Sequence record: SRR20825019_2850
DNA length: 61,107 bases
Reading direction: 5' to 3' (one strand)
The position numbers were made by a program, and so were the translations under genes. Shown here piece after piece: positions 1-11,188 of the stretch (position 1 is its first letter; each line of letters starts with the position of its first letter). The notes under the pieces were generated by a model. That model did not search any database, was not told the DNA's origin, and saw nothing but the letters and a program-made list of their open reading frames with translations.

Positions 1-1
1 G

Positions 2-1069
2 ATGCACAACATCGCCTATTATTCCGGCTTCCTCTATTGCAGCTTCGGCCGGCCGTTCGGGTGCGTCGTCACCAAGGACGCCTGCACCACCGTCTCGGCG
101 AACATCGACGGCGGGCAGCCCTGGCGGCGCAGCGTTGCCGACAACGTCATCTACACGGACTGGCAGCGGGATAATTTCTGGCGTGCGGTCCGCGAGTTGA
201 TCGGCACGGCTGATCGGTTAGGCATCGAGGGCGATCACCTGACCCTGCAGGCGCGCAGCACCCTGGAAGAGATCGTCGGCATCACGCAGATCGTCGATAT
301 TGCACCCGCCGCCATGCGCAAGCGGATGGTGAAATCAGCCGAGGAAACCGCCCTGATCCGGGAGGGTGCCCGTATTGCCGATATCGGCGGCGCCGCGATC
401 CGGGATGCGATCCGTCCCGGCGCGCGCGAGATCGACGTCGCCATGGCCGGAAGGGACGCCATGGAGATGGCAATTGCCGAGGCTTTTCCCGACAGCGAGA
501 TGCGCGACACATGGGTCTGGTTTCAGGCCGGGCTCAACACCGACGGCGCGCACAATCCGGTCACCATGCGCAAACTCGAAGCCGGTGATCTGCTGAGCCT
601 CAACACTTTCCCCATGATCTCCGGCTATTACACCGCGCTGGAACGCACCCTGACGCTGGGAGACCCTGACACGGAAACACTCCGGCTCTGGGAGGCCAAC
701 GTGGCGGCGCATGAGCTCGGTATCTCGCTGATCAAGCCCGGTGCCCGGTGTGATGAGATCTGTGCCGAAATCAACAGGTTCTTCCATCAGGAAGGTCTGC
801 TCGACTACCGCTCTTTCGGCTACGGCCATTCCTTTGGAATCCTGTCGCACTATTACGGGCGTGAGGCCGGGTTGGAGTTGCGGGAAGATATCGAGACGGT
901 GCTGGAGCCGGGCATGGTCGTCTCCATGGAGCCGATGCTGTGGGTACCGGAAGGCACGCCCGGCGCCGGTGGGTATCGCGAGCATGACATTCTGGTGATC
1001 GGCGAGGATGGCGCTGAAAACATCACCCGATTTCCATATGGGCCAGCAGAGAATACAATAGCAGTCTAA
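2..1069 (+). CDS. Creatinase (creatine amidinohydrolase, M24 fold), 5' end outside window
   Basis: Motifs NTDGAHNP, GYYTALERT, GYGHSFG..SHYYGREAGLELRED, GYREHDIL typical of creatinases. Confidence 0.92.
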   Translation: MHNIAYYSGFLYCSFGRPFGCVVTKDACTTVSANIDGGQPWRRSVADNVIYTDWQRDNFWRAVRELIGTADRLGIEGDHLTLQARSTLEEIVGITQIVDIAPAAMRKRMVKSAEETALIREGARIADIGGAAIRDAIRPGAREIDVAMAGRDAMEMAIAEAFPDSEMRDTWVWFQAGLNTDGAHNPVTMRKLEAGDLLSLNTFPMISGYYTALERTLTLGDPDTETLRLWEANVAAHELGISLIKPGARCDEICAEINRFFHQEGLLDYRSFGYGHSFGILSHYYGREAGLELREDIETVLEPGMVVSMEPMLWVPEGTPGAGGYREHDILVIGEDGAENITRFPYGPAENTIAV

Positions 1070-1233
1070 ATTCCTGCATATGGGCAGGGAACTAGTCCAA
1101 TCGCATCCGACATCTCTGGTCGAAGACATCGAGTAAAGCTTCTACAAAAGTTCGGGAGGGATGCCCATTTCCCTAGCCCGGGTTGGCGCACGCTACGGGC
1201 TCCAGGCACGTGAAACAACGAACCAACCCTCCC

Positions 1234-2625
1234 CTAGAAGCACCGAAGAACCCAGCAATTTCGCCCACCGTCTTTCGCTTCATAGAGGGCTTCGTCGGCA
1301 ACTTTCAAAAAACGCTCCAGGTTGGCTTGGTTGGCTCCTTCCGCGACAGCTAACCCGATACTGGCAGTTATCTGAATCTGTTGATTATCGACAGTAATCG
1401 TCTTCACCGAAATCGCTTCCAACAAGCGCTTGGCAGCTATCTCGGCAGAGGCCGAATCCTTCGTGAGAAGAGCAAAAGCAAACTCCTCTCCTCCAATCCG
1501 GCCATAGACATCTTCATCACGGAACTCCCCCTGTATTAAGTTGGCTACCGACCGTAAGACCTCGTCCCCCGTATTGTGTCCGTACTCGTCATTGATCTTC
1601 TTGAAGTGATCGAGATCGAGAACTCCGATAACAAGGAAAAATGCATGACGACGGGCGAGGCTGCGTACTTTCTGAGCCTGATCCATAAAACTGCGGCGAT
1701 TTGGAATACCGGTCAGATCGTCATAGTGAGCCATCTTGTGAAGCGTATGATTTGCCGCGCTCAGCTCTCTTGTGCGTTGCTCGACCATCTGCTCAAGGCT
1801 TGCTTTCAGAGCCTTCAAGTCCTCGTTTCGTTTCTCCAACTGATCCGCGTAAAACGTCTTTTCCGTCACGTCACGCTCAATCGCGGCAAAATGCGTGACT
1901 TTTCCAAACCTGTTGCTGAGGGGAAATATCTCCAGTTCAAGCCAGTATGGCTTACCCATTTTCGAGTAATTCAGAATTGTCTCGCGGATCGGCGCCTGCC
2001 GAAGCAAAGCTTCACGAATTCTGTCTAGGCTTCCCCGGTCGGTCCCCTTGCCTTGAAGCATTCGTGGGGTTTCGCCAATCGCTTCCTCGGCGCTATATCC
2101 GGTGAGTTCTTCGAACGCGCGATTCACAAACACAATCTGCGGTCCGAGCGGGTGCGTCGTTTGCTCCGCGTCGGTCACGATTATCACGTCCCGGGCATTC
2201 TCGACTATGTCTCGATATGAAAACAGATGCCTCTGATCGGAAATCTCGTTGAATGTAACGACGATGAACCGGCCTTCAATATCGGATGCAGATTCGGCAT
2301 AAGCATTAACAAGGTACCAAATCACCTCATGTGTCTTGGTATCGAAACGACCGATGACATCGTTGGAAAGCGGGGAATTGGTTGAGAGAACCTTGTTAAC
2401 CGGATAATCGCATACCGCTAACTTGTTCGAAAACTCATCGATAAAATACCAACTAGGATCTTCTGCCTCGCGCCCTAAAATTTGATCATACTCAAGGCCA
2501 AGAAGCCGTAAAGCAGTCGGGTTTGCATAGACGATTGATGTGTCTGAGTTGTGGATTACGACGCCGATATGGGCATGTTCAAGAAGGCTTCGCAGCTTAA
2601 GACCACTGAAGTCGGCGACATTCAT
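1234..2625 (-). CDS. PAS-PAS(LOV-like)-GGDEF diguanylate cyclase
   Basis: DDLTGIPNRR, DLDHFKKINDEYGHNTGD, RDED I-site followed by RIGGEEF; two N-terminal PAS domains; visibly lower GC than neighbours. Confidence 0.9.
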   Translation of the reverse strand: MNVADFSGLKLRSLLEHAHIGVVIHNSDTSIVYANPTALRLLGLEYDQILGREAEDPSWYFIDEFSNKLAVCDYPVNKVLSTNSPLSNDVIGRFDTKTHEVIWYLVNAYAESASDIEGRFIVVTFNEISDQRHLFSYRDIVENARDVIIVTDAEQTTHPLGPQIVFVNRAFEELTGYSAEEAIGETPRMLQGKGTDRGSLDRIREALLRQAPIRETILNYSKMGKPYWLELEIFPLSNRFGKVTHFAAIERDVTEKTFYADQLEKRNEDLKALKASLEQMVEQRTRELSAANHTLHKMAHYDDLTGIPNRRSFMDQAQKVRSLARRHAFFLVIGVLDLDHFKKINDEYGHNTGDEVLRSVANLIQGEFRDEDVYGRIGGEEFAFALLTKDSASAEIAAKRLLEAISVKTITVDNQQIQITASIGLAVAEGANQANLERFLKVADEALYEAKDGGRNCWVLRCF

Positions 2626-2924
2626 AAATGTACTCCCGATGAAAAGATCGGTCGCCCTTGAATTCTCCTGTATTCATATTTTTGTATCATATTACAGTGA
2701 AATTTGAAATTAAATTACCGCCTTTCGTGCAGCAGCCCATTAGTTATGTGCAAAAAAATCGCCCACAAACCATCATCAGCACCCTACATCGCCCCAGTGA
2801 GTTCCGCGGAAATCTCCTGAAACCTGCTCTTCCCGGAGCACCGGGTCATCGGATTCTCATCCGCGGCTCAAATCTGTATGCCTGCCTTGAGTCGGGCCCG
2901 CCTGCCGCCTATAGTCCGGCCTTG

Positions 2925-4205
2925 ATGACATCCATATCCCCCTTCTTTCCGCTGCTTCTCAGCGTCGCGATCCTGCTTATGGGCAACGGCCTGCAGGGTA
3001 CCCTGCTTCCTGTCCGCGCCGGCATGGAGGCGTTCGGCTCGTTCGAGATCGGAATATTGGGCTCGGCCTATTTCTGCGGCTTCATGGCCGGGTGCATTTA
3101 CGGCCCGCGTGTCATTCGCGTTGCCGGGCATATCCGGACCTTCGCCGGTATGGTCGCCGTCGCCTCGTCCGTCGTGCTGATCCATGCGCTGGTGCTTGAG
3201 CCCGCCGTCTGGTGGCTGCTGCGGGCAACAACGGGCTTCTGTTTCGCCGTGCTCTACATGGTGATCGAAAGCTGGCTAAACGAGAAATCGACGAACGAGA
3301 CGCGCGGTCTCGTCTTTTCCGTCTACACAATCATCAATCTGACCGTGATCACCGCCGGCCAGATGCTGCTGATGACGGCGGACCCCGCGAGTTTCCCGCT
3401 CTTCGCCTTCGCCTCGATCCTGGTTTCCATCGCCGCCGTGCCGATTGCGCTGACCCGGATAGAGCAGCCGGCGCCACTCGACATCGTTCAGCTGCGGCTG
3501 AAACGGTTGTTCCTGATTTCCCCGGTCGGCGTTGTCGGCTGTGTCGCGGTTGGCCTCGCCAATGGTGCCTTCTGGTCCCTCGCCCCGGTCTATGCCCTGA
3601 CCTCGATGGGTGCGGCATCGGTGTCGAACGTCGCCTGGTTCATGAGCATCGTGGTGATCGCCGGCGCCGTGGGCCAATGGCCGATCGGCCGGCTCTCCGA
3701 CCGGATGGACCGGCGCAAGGTGATCATCGGGGCCTGCCTCGGGGCGGCGACCGCCGGCCTTTGCATGGTGCTGTTCGCAAACCAGATTCCCTACGGGCTT
3801 TATATCTTTGGGTTTGCCTTCGGGGTTTTCGCCTTCCCGGTCTATTCCCTGAGCGTCGCCCATCTGAACGACTTCATCACCGAGCCGTCGGATTACGTCG
3901 AAGCCGCCAGCGGACTGCTGCTGGTGTTTGCCGTGGGTGCCATCGCCGGGCCGCTCACCGCATCGGCATTGATCGATCTGGTCGGAATCAAATATCTGTT
4001 CGCCTACACGGCGGCCATCCACATCCTAGCCGCCGGTTTTTGCGCCTACCGCATGAGCGTCCGGAATCCCGCCCCCACGGAAGAACACATTCCCTTCAGC
4101 GATGCCGTGGTGCTGGCGCAGACGCTCTCCACCGTGGATCCGTTGCCGCCCATCGACGAAGACGTGGAAGCTGCAGACGACGGGAACGACAAGCCTGCCG
4201 GTTAA
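2925..4205 (+). CDS. MFS transporter (YcaD-like)
   Basis: About 12 hydrophobic segments, MFS motif GRLSDRMDRR, IESWLNE; start placed at ATG 2925. Confidence 0.85.
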   Translation: MTSISPFFPLLLSVAILLMGNGLQGTLLPVRAGMEAFGSFEIGILGSAYFCGFMAGCIYGPRVIRVAGHIRTFAGMVAVASSVVLIHALVLEPAVWWLLRATTGFCFAVLYMVIESWLNEKSTNETRGLVFSVYTIINLTVITAGQMLLMTADPASFPLFAFASILVSIAAVPIALTRIEQPAPLDIVQLRLKRLFLISPVGVVGCVAVGLANGAFWSLAPVYALTSMGAASVSNVAWFMSIVVIAGAVGQWPIGRLSDRMDRRKVIIGACLGAATAGLCMVLFANQIPYGLYIFGFAFGVFAFPVYSLSVAHLNDFITEPSDYVEAASGLLLVFAVGAIAGPLTASALIDLVGIKYLFAYTAAIHILAAGFCAYRMSVRNPAPTEEHIPFSDAVVLAQTLSTVDPLPPIDEDVEAADDGNDKPAG

Positions 4206-4220
4206 TTTCCGGGAGGCTTC

Positions 4221-4835
4221 CTATTCCCGGACGGCAATGGCGATGGCGGCACCACCCATCGCCACAGCACTCGTGCGGTTGGCAATCCGCACCGCACGCG
4301 GGCTATGCATCAGGGTCCGCGCACCTGCCGCCATAATCACGTAGCTCAGATCAATCGCCGCCAGCACAAAGACCAGCGTGACCGAAATCGAGGCCCAGTC
4401 GGCAAAACCCACAGAGCCCAGGTCGATCAGTGTCGGCAGCAGGGCGAGATAGAACAACATGATCTTCGGATTGCCGAGGGTGAGTGACATGCCGGAGAGG
4501 AACATCTTCAGGCCGCTGCGCGGCTCCGGCATGCGCGCACCTGCCGTGTCCACCGGCGCGGTCCACATCTTCCAGGCCAGAAAGGCGAGATAACCGACGC
4601 CGAGCCACTTGATGACAAGGAAGCCCGTGTGAAAGGCCTCCGCGACCGCAGCCAGACCGACAACGGCCATGGTCAGCCAGACAAGCTCACCCAGCCACAT
4701 CGCCACCAGAAACGGCATCACCGCACGCCAGCCACGGGCCAGCACCTGGGCTACCAGCGCCGCCAGACTCGGCCCGGGTGATCCGGCTGCGAGCGCAAGG
4801 GCGACGGCGAAAACCAGAAGCGAAGAGACATCCAT
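4221..4835 (-). CDS. LysE/RhtB family amino acid exporter
   Basis: SPGP near N-terminus, LGNPKIMLFY motif, hydrophobic. Confidence 0.88.
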   Translation of the reverse strand: MDVSSLLVFAVALALAAGSPGPSLAALVAQVLARGWRAVMPFLVAMWLGELVWLTMAVVGLAAVAEAFHTGFLVIKWLGVGYLAFLAWKMWTAPVDTAGARMPEPRSGLKMFLSGMSLTLGNPKIMLFYLALLPTLIDLGSVGFADWASISVTLVFVLAAIDLSYVIMAAGARTLMHSPRAVRIANRTSAVAMGGAAIAIAVRE

Positions 4836-5124
4836 GATCCGTTTCCTCAATAAGCGTTTGCCGCCAGTTTGACGAGCATAACGAACCGCTGCAAGCGGAT
4901 GCCTTTTACGCAATGCTGAGAACCGTTTTTAGCGGGTTCCTGCATACATATCCGCGAGACAGAAACCTCGACTGTCGCTAATGTCCCGCAAGGAATACGG
5001 GAGGCGGCGCGATGCTGGCCAAAGCCCGTTCCCTCGATCAATGACATTTTCGGAGTATGGCGGGGTGGCCTCGTCACTGGGTGGGAAAAAGCGCCTGCAC
5101 AATCCGGCCGCGGAAACGGCGGAA

Positions 5125-6225
5125 ATGCAGATCCGTGCCGCGACATTGTCCGATCTGGATGCCCTTGTCGGCATCGAGACCGCCTGTTTCGACAGCGACC
5201 GGCTCAGCCGCCGCAGCTTCCGCGACTTCATCCATCATGGCCACTGCACTTTGCTGGTATCCGAAGGCGGCGACGGCCTTACAGGATATATCCTGGTGCT
5301 CTACCGGAGAGGCACGGCACTGGCCCGGCTGTATTCCATCGCCCTGATGCCATCCGCGCGCGGTATCGGTCTGTCAGCAGTGCTGATGACCTCCGGCGAG
5401 GATGTCGCCCGCGAGCATGGCTGCCTCTCGCTCCGGCTGGAAGTCCGGCCGGACAATGCGGCGGCCATAGCCCTCTATACAGACCTCGGATACAAGCAGT
5501 TCGGCACCTATCTCGACTATTACGAGGATCACGCGGACGCGCTCCGCTTCGAAAAGCGGCTGGTGCGGCCGATGCCGTCCGCGACGGCGCCGTCCTACTA
5601 TTCCCAGACCTCCGAATTCACCTGCGGTCCCGCCTGCATGATGATGGCACTGAAGGCCTTCGATCCAGCCCTGGAGTTTGGCCGGGTCGAGGAGTTCAGG
5701 CTCTGGCGGGAATCCACAACTGTTTTCATGCAAACGGGGCACGGCGGCTGCGAGCCGGTCGGCATGGCGGTGACACTTGCCCGCAAGGGGCTTTCGGTCG
5801 AAGTCTTCCTCAGCCAGGAGCCGCCGCTCTTCATCGATAGCGTCCGCCTCAAGGACCAGCGCGAGGCGTTGACCCTGATCCAGGAAGATTACCGGCGCGA
5901 GGCGGATGAGCTGAATATCCCGGTTCATATCGAGCCGCTGGATAATATTGCCCTGAGTGCCGCCCTCGGCGAGGGCGCCTACGCCATCGTGCTGGTCAGC
6001 CTCTATCAGATGCTCGGCAGCCGGACGCCACACTGGGTCCTGGTTTACGGAGAAGAGAACGGGCGTTTCCTGATCCATGATCCATGGGTCGAGAAGGATG
6101 CGCTCGAAACCGAAAGCGCGGCAGCGGCTCTGCCCGTCCCCAAGGAAGCCTTCGAGCGGATGGCCCGCTGGGGGCGCGGGCGGCTGCGGGCCGCGATCAT
6201 TGTTCGAAAGGAACAGGCGGAATGA
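5125..6225 (+). CDS. RimI-like GNAT acetyltransferase fused to peptidase C39-like (DUF3335-type) domain
   Basis: N-terminal LEVRPDN..AIALY..LGY; C-terminal YYSQTSEFTCGPAC, PHWV, HDPW (papain-like Cys/His/Asp). Confidence 0.85.
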   Translation: MQIRAATLSDLDALVGIETACFDSDRLSRRSFRDFIHHGHCTLLVSEGGDGLTGYILVLYRRGTALARLYSIALMPSARGIGLSAVLMTSGEDVAREHGCLSLRLEVRPDNAAAIALYTDLGYKQFGTYLDYYEDHADALRFEKRLVRPMPSATAPSYYSQTSEFTCGPACMMMALKAFDPALEFGRVEEFRLWRESTTVFMQTGHGGCEPVGMAVTLARKGLSVEVFLSQEPPLFIDSVRLKDQREALTLIQEDYRREADELNIPVHIEPLDNIALSAALGEGAYAIVLVSLYQMLGSRTPHWVLVYGEENGRFLIHDPWVEKDALETESAAAALPVPKEAFERMARWGRGRLRAAIIVRKEQAE

Positions 6226-7715
6226 CGGATTGGCTGGTTCTTACCGAAGGCCGGAAGGATATCGACCAGGCCGATACGCAGCACAAGGTGATGTCCGTGC
6301 GCGACTATCTCGCCGCACCCGCCCTGTTCGAACGGTCGCGCCCGGTCGTCATCAACATGGCCCGCAGCTATGCCTACCAGAGCGCAGGCTATTACGCCTC
6401 GCTGCTGGCCGAAGCCCGCGGCCACCGGGTCATGCCGAGTGTGCAGACCATGCTCGAGCTGTCACGCAAGAGCCTCTACGCGGCGTCCCTGCCGGAACTT
6501 GAGGAAGCGCTGAACAAGGATCGCGCCCGCGCCGGGGATGCCGGTGCGGAAGGCTTCGAGTTCATCGCCGCCTTCGGCCGCCCGTCCCGGCCCGGTTACG
6601 AGAAATTCGCCCGCCTGCTGTTCGACTGGTATCGCTGCCCCGGCATTACCGTGAAAGTGGATGCCGGAGAATGGACCCACATCCGGCACCTGAAGCCGCT
6701 CTCCCTGAAACGGGTCAATGCGGACAACAAGGCCTTCCTGATCGAGGCCATGGACATTCACTGCCGGCGCGCCTGGTCCGGTCCGAAATCCAAGACCCCG
6801 CTGCGCTGGAGCCTTGCCGTCCTGCATAACCCGAAGGAAGCCTTGCCGCCCTCGCAGCTCAAATCCCTCAAACGCATGGCGGCTGTCGGGGAAAAAATGG
6901 GCATCCAGGTCGAGCCGATCCAGAAGAAAGACCTGCCCCGCCTCGCCGAATTCGACGCGCTGTTCATCCGGGAGACCACCTCGGTCAACGATCATACCTT
7001 CCGCTTTGCCCGCCGGGCCGAGCAGGAAGGCATGCCGGTGATCGACGACACGATGTCGATGATCCGCTGCACCAACAAGGTGTTCCTGAAAGAGAAGCTG
7101 GAAGCCGCAAAGCTGCCAATCCCGAAGACCGTCGTGCTGTCACCGGCGAGCGATCTCTCGAAAGCGACCGATGTGATCGACTTCCCGATGGTGGTGAAGA
7201 TTCCGGACGGCTCCTTCAGCCGGGGCGTGCATAAGGTCACCGATCTGGCGCATCTGAAGGCACTGACGACGGAGCTTTTCCGGGATACGGACCTGCTGCT
7301 GGCACAGGAATTCATGCCGACGGATTTCGACTGGCGCGTCGGCGTTCTGGCTGGACAACCGCTCTTCGTCAGCAAATATCTGATGGCCCGCAAACACTGG
7401 CAGATCGTGCATCACCGCCCGGACGGTCAGGTGCGCGAAGGCGGGTTCGAGACCATGCCGGTCGAACAGGCACCGGCGGAAGTCATCGATATTGCGGTAA
7501 AGGCCGCCGCCCTGATGGGCGACGGCCTCTATGGCGTCGATCTGAAGCAGAATGCGAACGGGGTATTCGTCATCGAAATCAATGACAACCCGAACCTGGA
7601 TACCGGCGTCGAGGGCGCCGTCCTCGGCGATGAGCTGTGGCGCCGCCTGTTGGGCTGGTTCCGGGACCGGCTGGAGCCGAAACCGATCCAGACGGCAGGG
7701 ATTGAAGCCCGCTAG
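6222..7715 (+). CDS. RimK-family ATP-grasp ligase with N-terminal RLAN-type domain
   Basis: [53 protein letters not shown] overlap with upstream gene. Confidence 0.88.
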   Translation: MTDWLVLTEGRKDIDQADTQHKVMSVRDYLAAPALFERSRPVVINMARSYAYQSAGYYASLLAEARGHRVMPSVQTMLELSRKSLYAASLPELEEALNKDRARAGDAGAEGFEFIAAFGRPSRPGYEKFARLLFDWYRCPGITVKVDAGEWTHIRHLKPLSLKRVNADNKAFLIEAMDIHCRRAWSGPKSKTPLRWSLAVLHNPKEALPPSQLKSLKRMAAVGEKMGIQVEPIQKKDLPRLAEFDALFIRETTSVNDHTFRFARRAEQEGMPVIDDTMSMIRCTNKVFLKEKLEAAKLPIPKTVVLSPASDLSKATDVIDFPMVVKIPDGSFSRGVHKVTDLAHLKALTTELFRDTDLLLAQEFMPTDFDWRVGVLAGQPLFVSKYLMARKHWQIVHHRPDGQVREGGFETMPVEQAPAEVIDIAVKAAALMGDGLYGVDLKQNANGVFVIEINDNPNLDTGVEGAVLGDELWRRLLGWFRDRLEPKPIQTAGIEAR

Positions 7716-9856
7716 GCGTTGCGAACCTCTTCCAGGAACCGGCGCACCGTATCGTTCAGCGTGTTCGACTGCTGGGCGACCTCGCGCGCCGTCTCCAGCA
7801 CCTGGCTGGCGGCGGCACCGGTATCCTGCGCCCCTTCGGTCATGGACGCGATATTGGCGGAGACCATCTGGGTGCCCTGCGCCGCTTCGTGAACATTGCG
7901 GCTGATTTCGCTGGTTGCGGAGTTCTGCTCCTCCACCGCCGAGGCGATCCCGGTCGCGATCTCGCTGACCCGGGCTACCGTTTCCGAAATCGTCCGGATG
8001 GCGCTCACCGCGCTGGTCGTCTCCGACTGCATGGCGGCGATCTGGGCGGTGATATCCTCGGTCGCCTTGGCCGTCTGGGTCGCCAGATTCTTCACCTCGG
8101 ATGCCACCACGGCGAAGCCCTTGCCCGCCTCACCGGCACGCGCGGCCTCGATGGTCGCATTCAGGGCCAGCAGATTGGTCTGCTCCGCAATGTCATTGAT
8201 CAGCCCGACGATCTCGCCAACCTTCTGGGCCGCCTGATCGAGGCCGACAACGGATTCACGGGTATGTTCCGCCTGCTGGGAGGCTTCCGCGCTGATCCGG
8301 GTGGATTCACTGACCTGCTGGCCGATCTCCCGGATCGAGGAGGCAAGCTGCTCCGCTGCGGAGGCGACCATCTCCACGTTTGAAGACGCCTCGCCGGAGG
8401 CTGCTGCCACCGATCCCGCCTGCGACTGGGTGTTATCCGCGATACTGGCCATGGACTGGGCCGTGGAATCGAGTTCCGTGGTGGCGCTGGCGACACTGCG
8501 CAAAGCCTCGCTCACCGCATTGTCGAACGTCTCGGTGATCTGCTCGATCCGGCGTGCCCGGGCCTCACGCTGCTCGCGGGCCTGCTCCTGCTCAGCCTGC
8601 ATTTCCTCGTTCTTGATCATGTTCGCGCGGAACACTTCGACGGATTCAGCCATCTGGCCGATCTCGTCACCGCGTCCGGTTCCGGGGATCTCGACACCGA
8701 GATCGCCTTCGGAGAGCGAGCGCATGACTCCGGTCATCTGCACCACCGGGCGCAGCTCCTTCCGCGCGATCGTATAACCGATACCGGCAAGCAGCAGGAA
8801 CATCACCACGCCGACCCCGGCGAGAATGTTCCGCATGTCCTGCACGGGGCCAAGAATCTCGGCTTCGCTCACCTCGCCAAGCACTGCCCAGCGCACGCCC
8901 TCGAACTCCAGCGGCTTGAACACCGAATAAACCGGCTCGCCGAGATAATTGAGGTCCTGCACCATGCCTTCCTCACCCGCGAGAGCCTTTTCGGAGGCCT
9001 CGGTGTTCGCCTCGGCTTTCAGAATGGCGTCGGTGCCGGAAATACGGGAGCTGCTGCGCAGCAACTTGTCGGCGCCGACAAGAATGGTCTCCCCGGTATT
9101 GCCCATGCCGGTGGTATCGCGCATCAGCCGGTCGATCATTTCCGCCGGGATATGGATCACCAGACCGCCGGCGAACTCACCCCGGACGAAAAGCGGCGTC
9201 GCAATGAAGGCCGTCGGCGCATCGCCGCGCGGTGCATAGCCGTGGAAATCACTCATCACGACCTGCCCCGGCTCGGGATTTTCGGTCAGCCGGGTGAATA
9301 CCGTCGCCAGCTCCGTGTCCTTCGCCGGGCCTTCAGTCAGGCTGGTTGCATAATCCGCAGCCTTCAGAACGCTGTAGACAATATTGCCGTCGGAATCTAT
9401 CAGCATCACATCCGCATAGCCGCGGCTTTCCTGCAGCCTGCGGAACCAGGGATGGTTCTCGCCGTGATATTTGGAATAACCGGAGCCGTCCTCCGCCAGA
9501 TCCAGAAGCTGCTTGCTGCCATCGGGATTGGGATTGTCGACGATATAGAGCTTCTGCAGCGTCTCCGTCGGATCGCCCTTCCGGGCAAACAACCGGAAGC
9601 CGAACTTGAAGCCGTTCAGCGCTTTGTCCGTACCGCTGTTGGCGGCCACGATCAGCATATCGTCGCGGATGCTATCAAGCAGGGTCTTCAGAGCATCGAC
9701 ACGCGCCACCGACATGGCCTGTAACTGATCGACCGCGCGCTTTTCAAGCTGATGCGCGGACTGAAAATAGCTGAAGGATGCGACCACCAGAATGGAAAGC
9801 GCGGTTGCTATTCCAACGAGCGCTGGAATCTTCGTCGATAGATTGATGTTCTTCAC
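7712..9856 (-). CDS. Methyl-accepting chemotaxis protein (Cache sensor, HAMP, MA domain)
   Basis: [34 protein letters not shown] signature; two TM segments; start uncertain (GTG 9856 or ATG 9910). Confidence 0.93.
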   Translation of the reverse strand: MKNINLSTKIPALVGIATALSILVVASFSYFQSAHQLEKRAVDQLQAMSVARVDALKTLLDSIRDDMLIVAANSGTDKALNGFKFGFRLFARKGDPTETLQKLYIVDNPNPDGSKQLLDLAEDGSGYSKYHGENHPWFRRLQESRGYADVMLIDSDGNIVYSVLKAADYATSLTEGPAKDTELATVFTRLTENPEPGQVVMSDFHGYAPRGDAPTAFIATPLFVRGEFAGGLVIHIPAEMIDRLMRDTTGMGNTGETILVGADKLLRSSSRISGTDAILKAEANTEASEKALAGEEGMVQDLNYLGEPVYSVFKPLEFEGVRWAVLGEVSEAEILGPVQDMRNILAGVGVVMFLLLAGIGYTIARKELRPVVQMTGVMRSLSEGDLGVEIPGTGRGDEIGQMAESVEVFRANMIKNEEMQAEQEQAREQREARARRIEQITETFDNAVSEALRSVASATTELDSTAQSMASIADNTQSQAGSVAAASGEASSNVEMVASAAEQLASSIREIGQQVSESTRISAEASQQAEHTRESVVGLDQAAQKVGEIVGLINDIAEQTNLLALNATIEAARAGEAGKGFAVVASEVKNLATQTAKATEDITAQIAAMQSETTSAVSAIRTISETVARVSEIATGIASAVEEQNSATSEISRNVHEAAQGTQMVSANIASMTEGAQDTGAAASQVLETAREVAQQSNTLNDTVRRFLEEVRNA

Positions 9857-10072
9857 GTATCCCGCCCCGTAGACTTTATTTTTTCGATCTAGAAGGCTTT
9901 CGAGAGGCATTTCAACTAAAACATTTAGTTTCCACCTCAGCGAAACAGCCTATGCAGGGAGAAAAGCATCAAAGATTGTAAAAAACGTAAACAAGACGCT
10001 CAATTTATTTCAAAGTTTATTTAATTACTTATACGAAAACCGGCCTATGCGGACAACGCGAGCGGTGTCCCG

Positions 10073-11035
10073 CTAGTCGAGCGCCCGCCGTGCTTCCGAT
10101 GGCGCATGGCCATAAAACCGGCGATAAGCCGTGGCGAAATTTGCGGCCGAGGTATATCCGGCGATATGCGCGGCCTGCTGAATGGGCAAATGCTCTTCTA
10201 TCAGGGCTTTCTGCGCCAGATCGAGGCGGGCGCGTCTGAGATGCTCAACAACGGGAACCCCGTATGCTTCCTTGAAAACCCTCTGCATGGTGCTGACGCT
10301 CATCCCGTTGGCCGCCGCGATTGACGTCAGAGTGAGCGTCCCGCCGAGATTGTCCAATATATAGCGATGCACCAGCGCCGCACGGTCACCGTCCCCGGAA
10401 GATCCTTCCGGCTGCCCGATACTGGCGAAAGCATCCCGTAAAACGCCGAGAGCAAGCATTTCAAGCGAAAGCCGGTTCAGCAAACCGTCGCTGCCAAGGC
10501 ATGCAAGCAGTTTGCGGGCGCCATGCACCGTATCCGCCGAGGGGTGCCAATGGTGTATCTCAAGATGACTTTCAGCGAGTTGCCGGACAGCATGATCCTG
10601 CCCGACATCCGGACCGAGAAATTCCTCGATCCAACTTTTACTGACCGAAACGTTGACCTTCTTCACCGTCTGACCGGTCCGGATGGTGCGCCTCAGAAGC
10701 GCCGGTCTGGCGACGGACCAGATGAGCCCGCCCGCCTGCGCACCATCGGGAACGGACAGATCGAGCTCTATACCGTCAATCGCCGCCAAGGGCGCTCCCG
10801 CGAACACAATGGAAACCGAGACCTGCGGGTCGAGGCGGAGCTCCGTTACCGTATCGCTCTGCTCCACCGCATCCGTTGCATGGATGTGCAATCCGGAGCG
10901 GAAGCTCTCGATAAAAAAGCCGCCCCGCAACACGGCCGGCGCCTCTTCCCCCGTGCTGCCAAGCATCCGGTAAAAGCTTGCATCCGCTTCAACCTGGCGG
11001 GACAGGTCTTCAAAACTGAGCTCTGCATCAAGCAT
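10073..11035 (-). CDS. AraC family regulator (PchR-like)
   Basis: C-terminal double HTH ...AHIAGYTSAANFATAYRRFYG; divergent from a TonB-dependent receptor. Confidence 0.88.
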   Translation of the reverse strand: MLDAELSFEDLSRQVEADASFYRMLGSTGEEAPAVLRGGFFIESFRSGLHIHATDAVEQSDTVTELRLDPQVSVSIVFAGAPLAAIDGIELDLSVPDGAQAGGLIWSVARPALLRRTIRTGQTVKKVNVSVSKSWIEEFLGPDVGQDHAVRQLAESHLEIHHWHPSADTVHGARKLLACLGSDGLLNRLSLEMLALGVLRDAFASIGQPEGSSGDGDRAALVHRYILDNLGGTLTLTSIAAANGMSVSTMQRVFKEAYGVPVVEHLRRARLDLAQKALIEEHLPIQQAAHIAGYTSAANFATAYRRFYGHAPSEARRALD

Positions 11036-11116
11036 TAGAGACAACCTACCCGTGACGAGACAATTGGCTCTGACCAGCGGACAAACGGGATTGACGATCA
11101 CGCAAATGATCGATCA

Positions 11117-11135
11117 ATTGCGAATGATTGTCAAT
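11117..11135. promoter_or_regulatory. Putative Fur (Fur-alpha type) box
   Basis: attgcgaatgattgtcaat, 19-bp imperfect palindrome between araC and the receptor; resembles boxes at 56280 and 59404. Confidence 0.7.
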
Positions 11136-11188
11136 TTCAGATACCGAAAGGTCATAATTTACAAGAGTTTTGGGGGATAGTTCAGACC

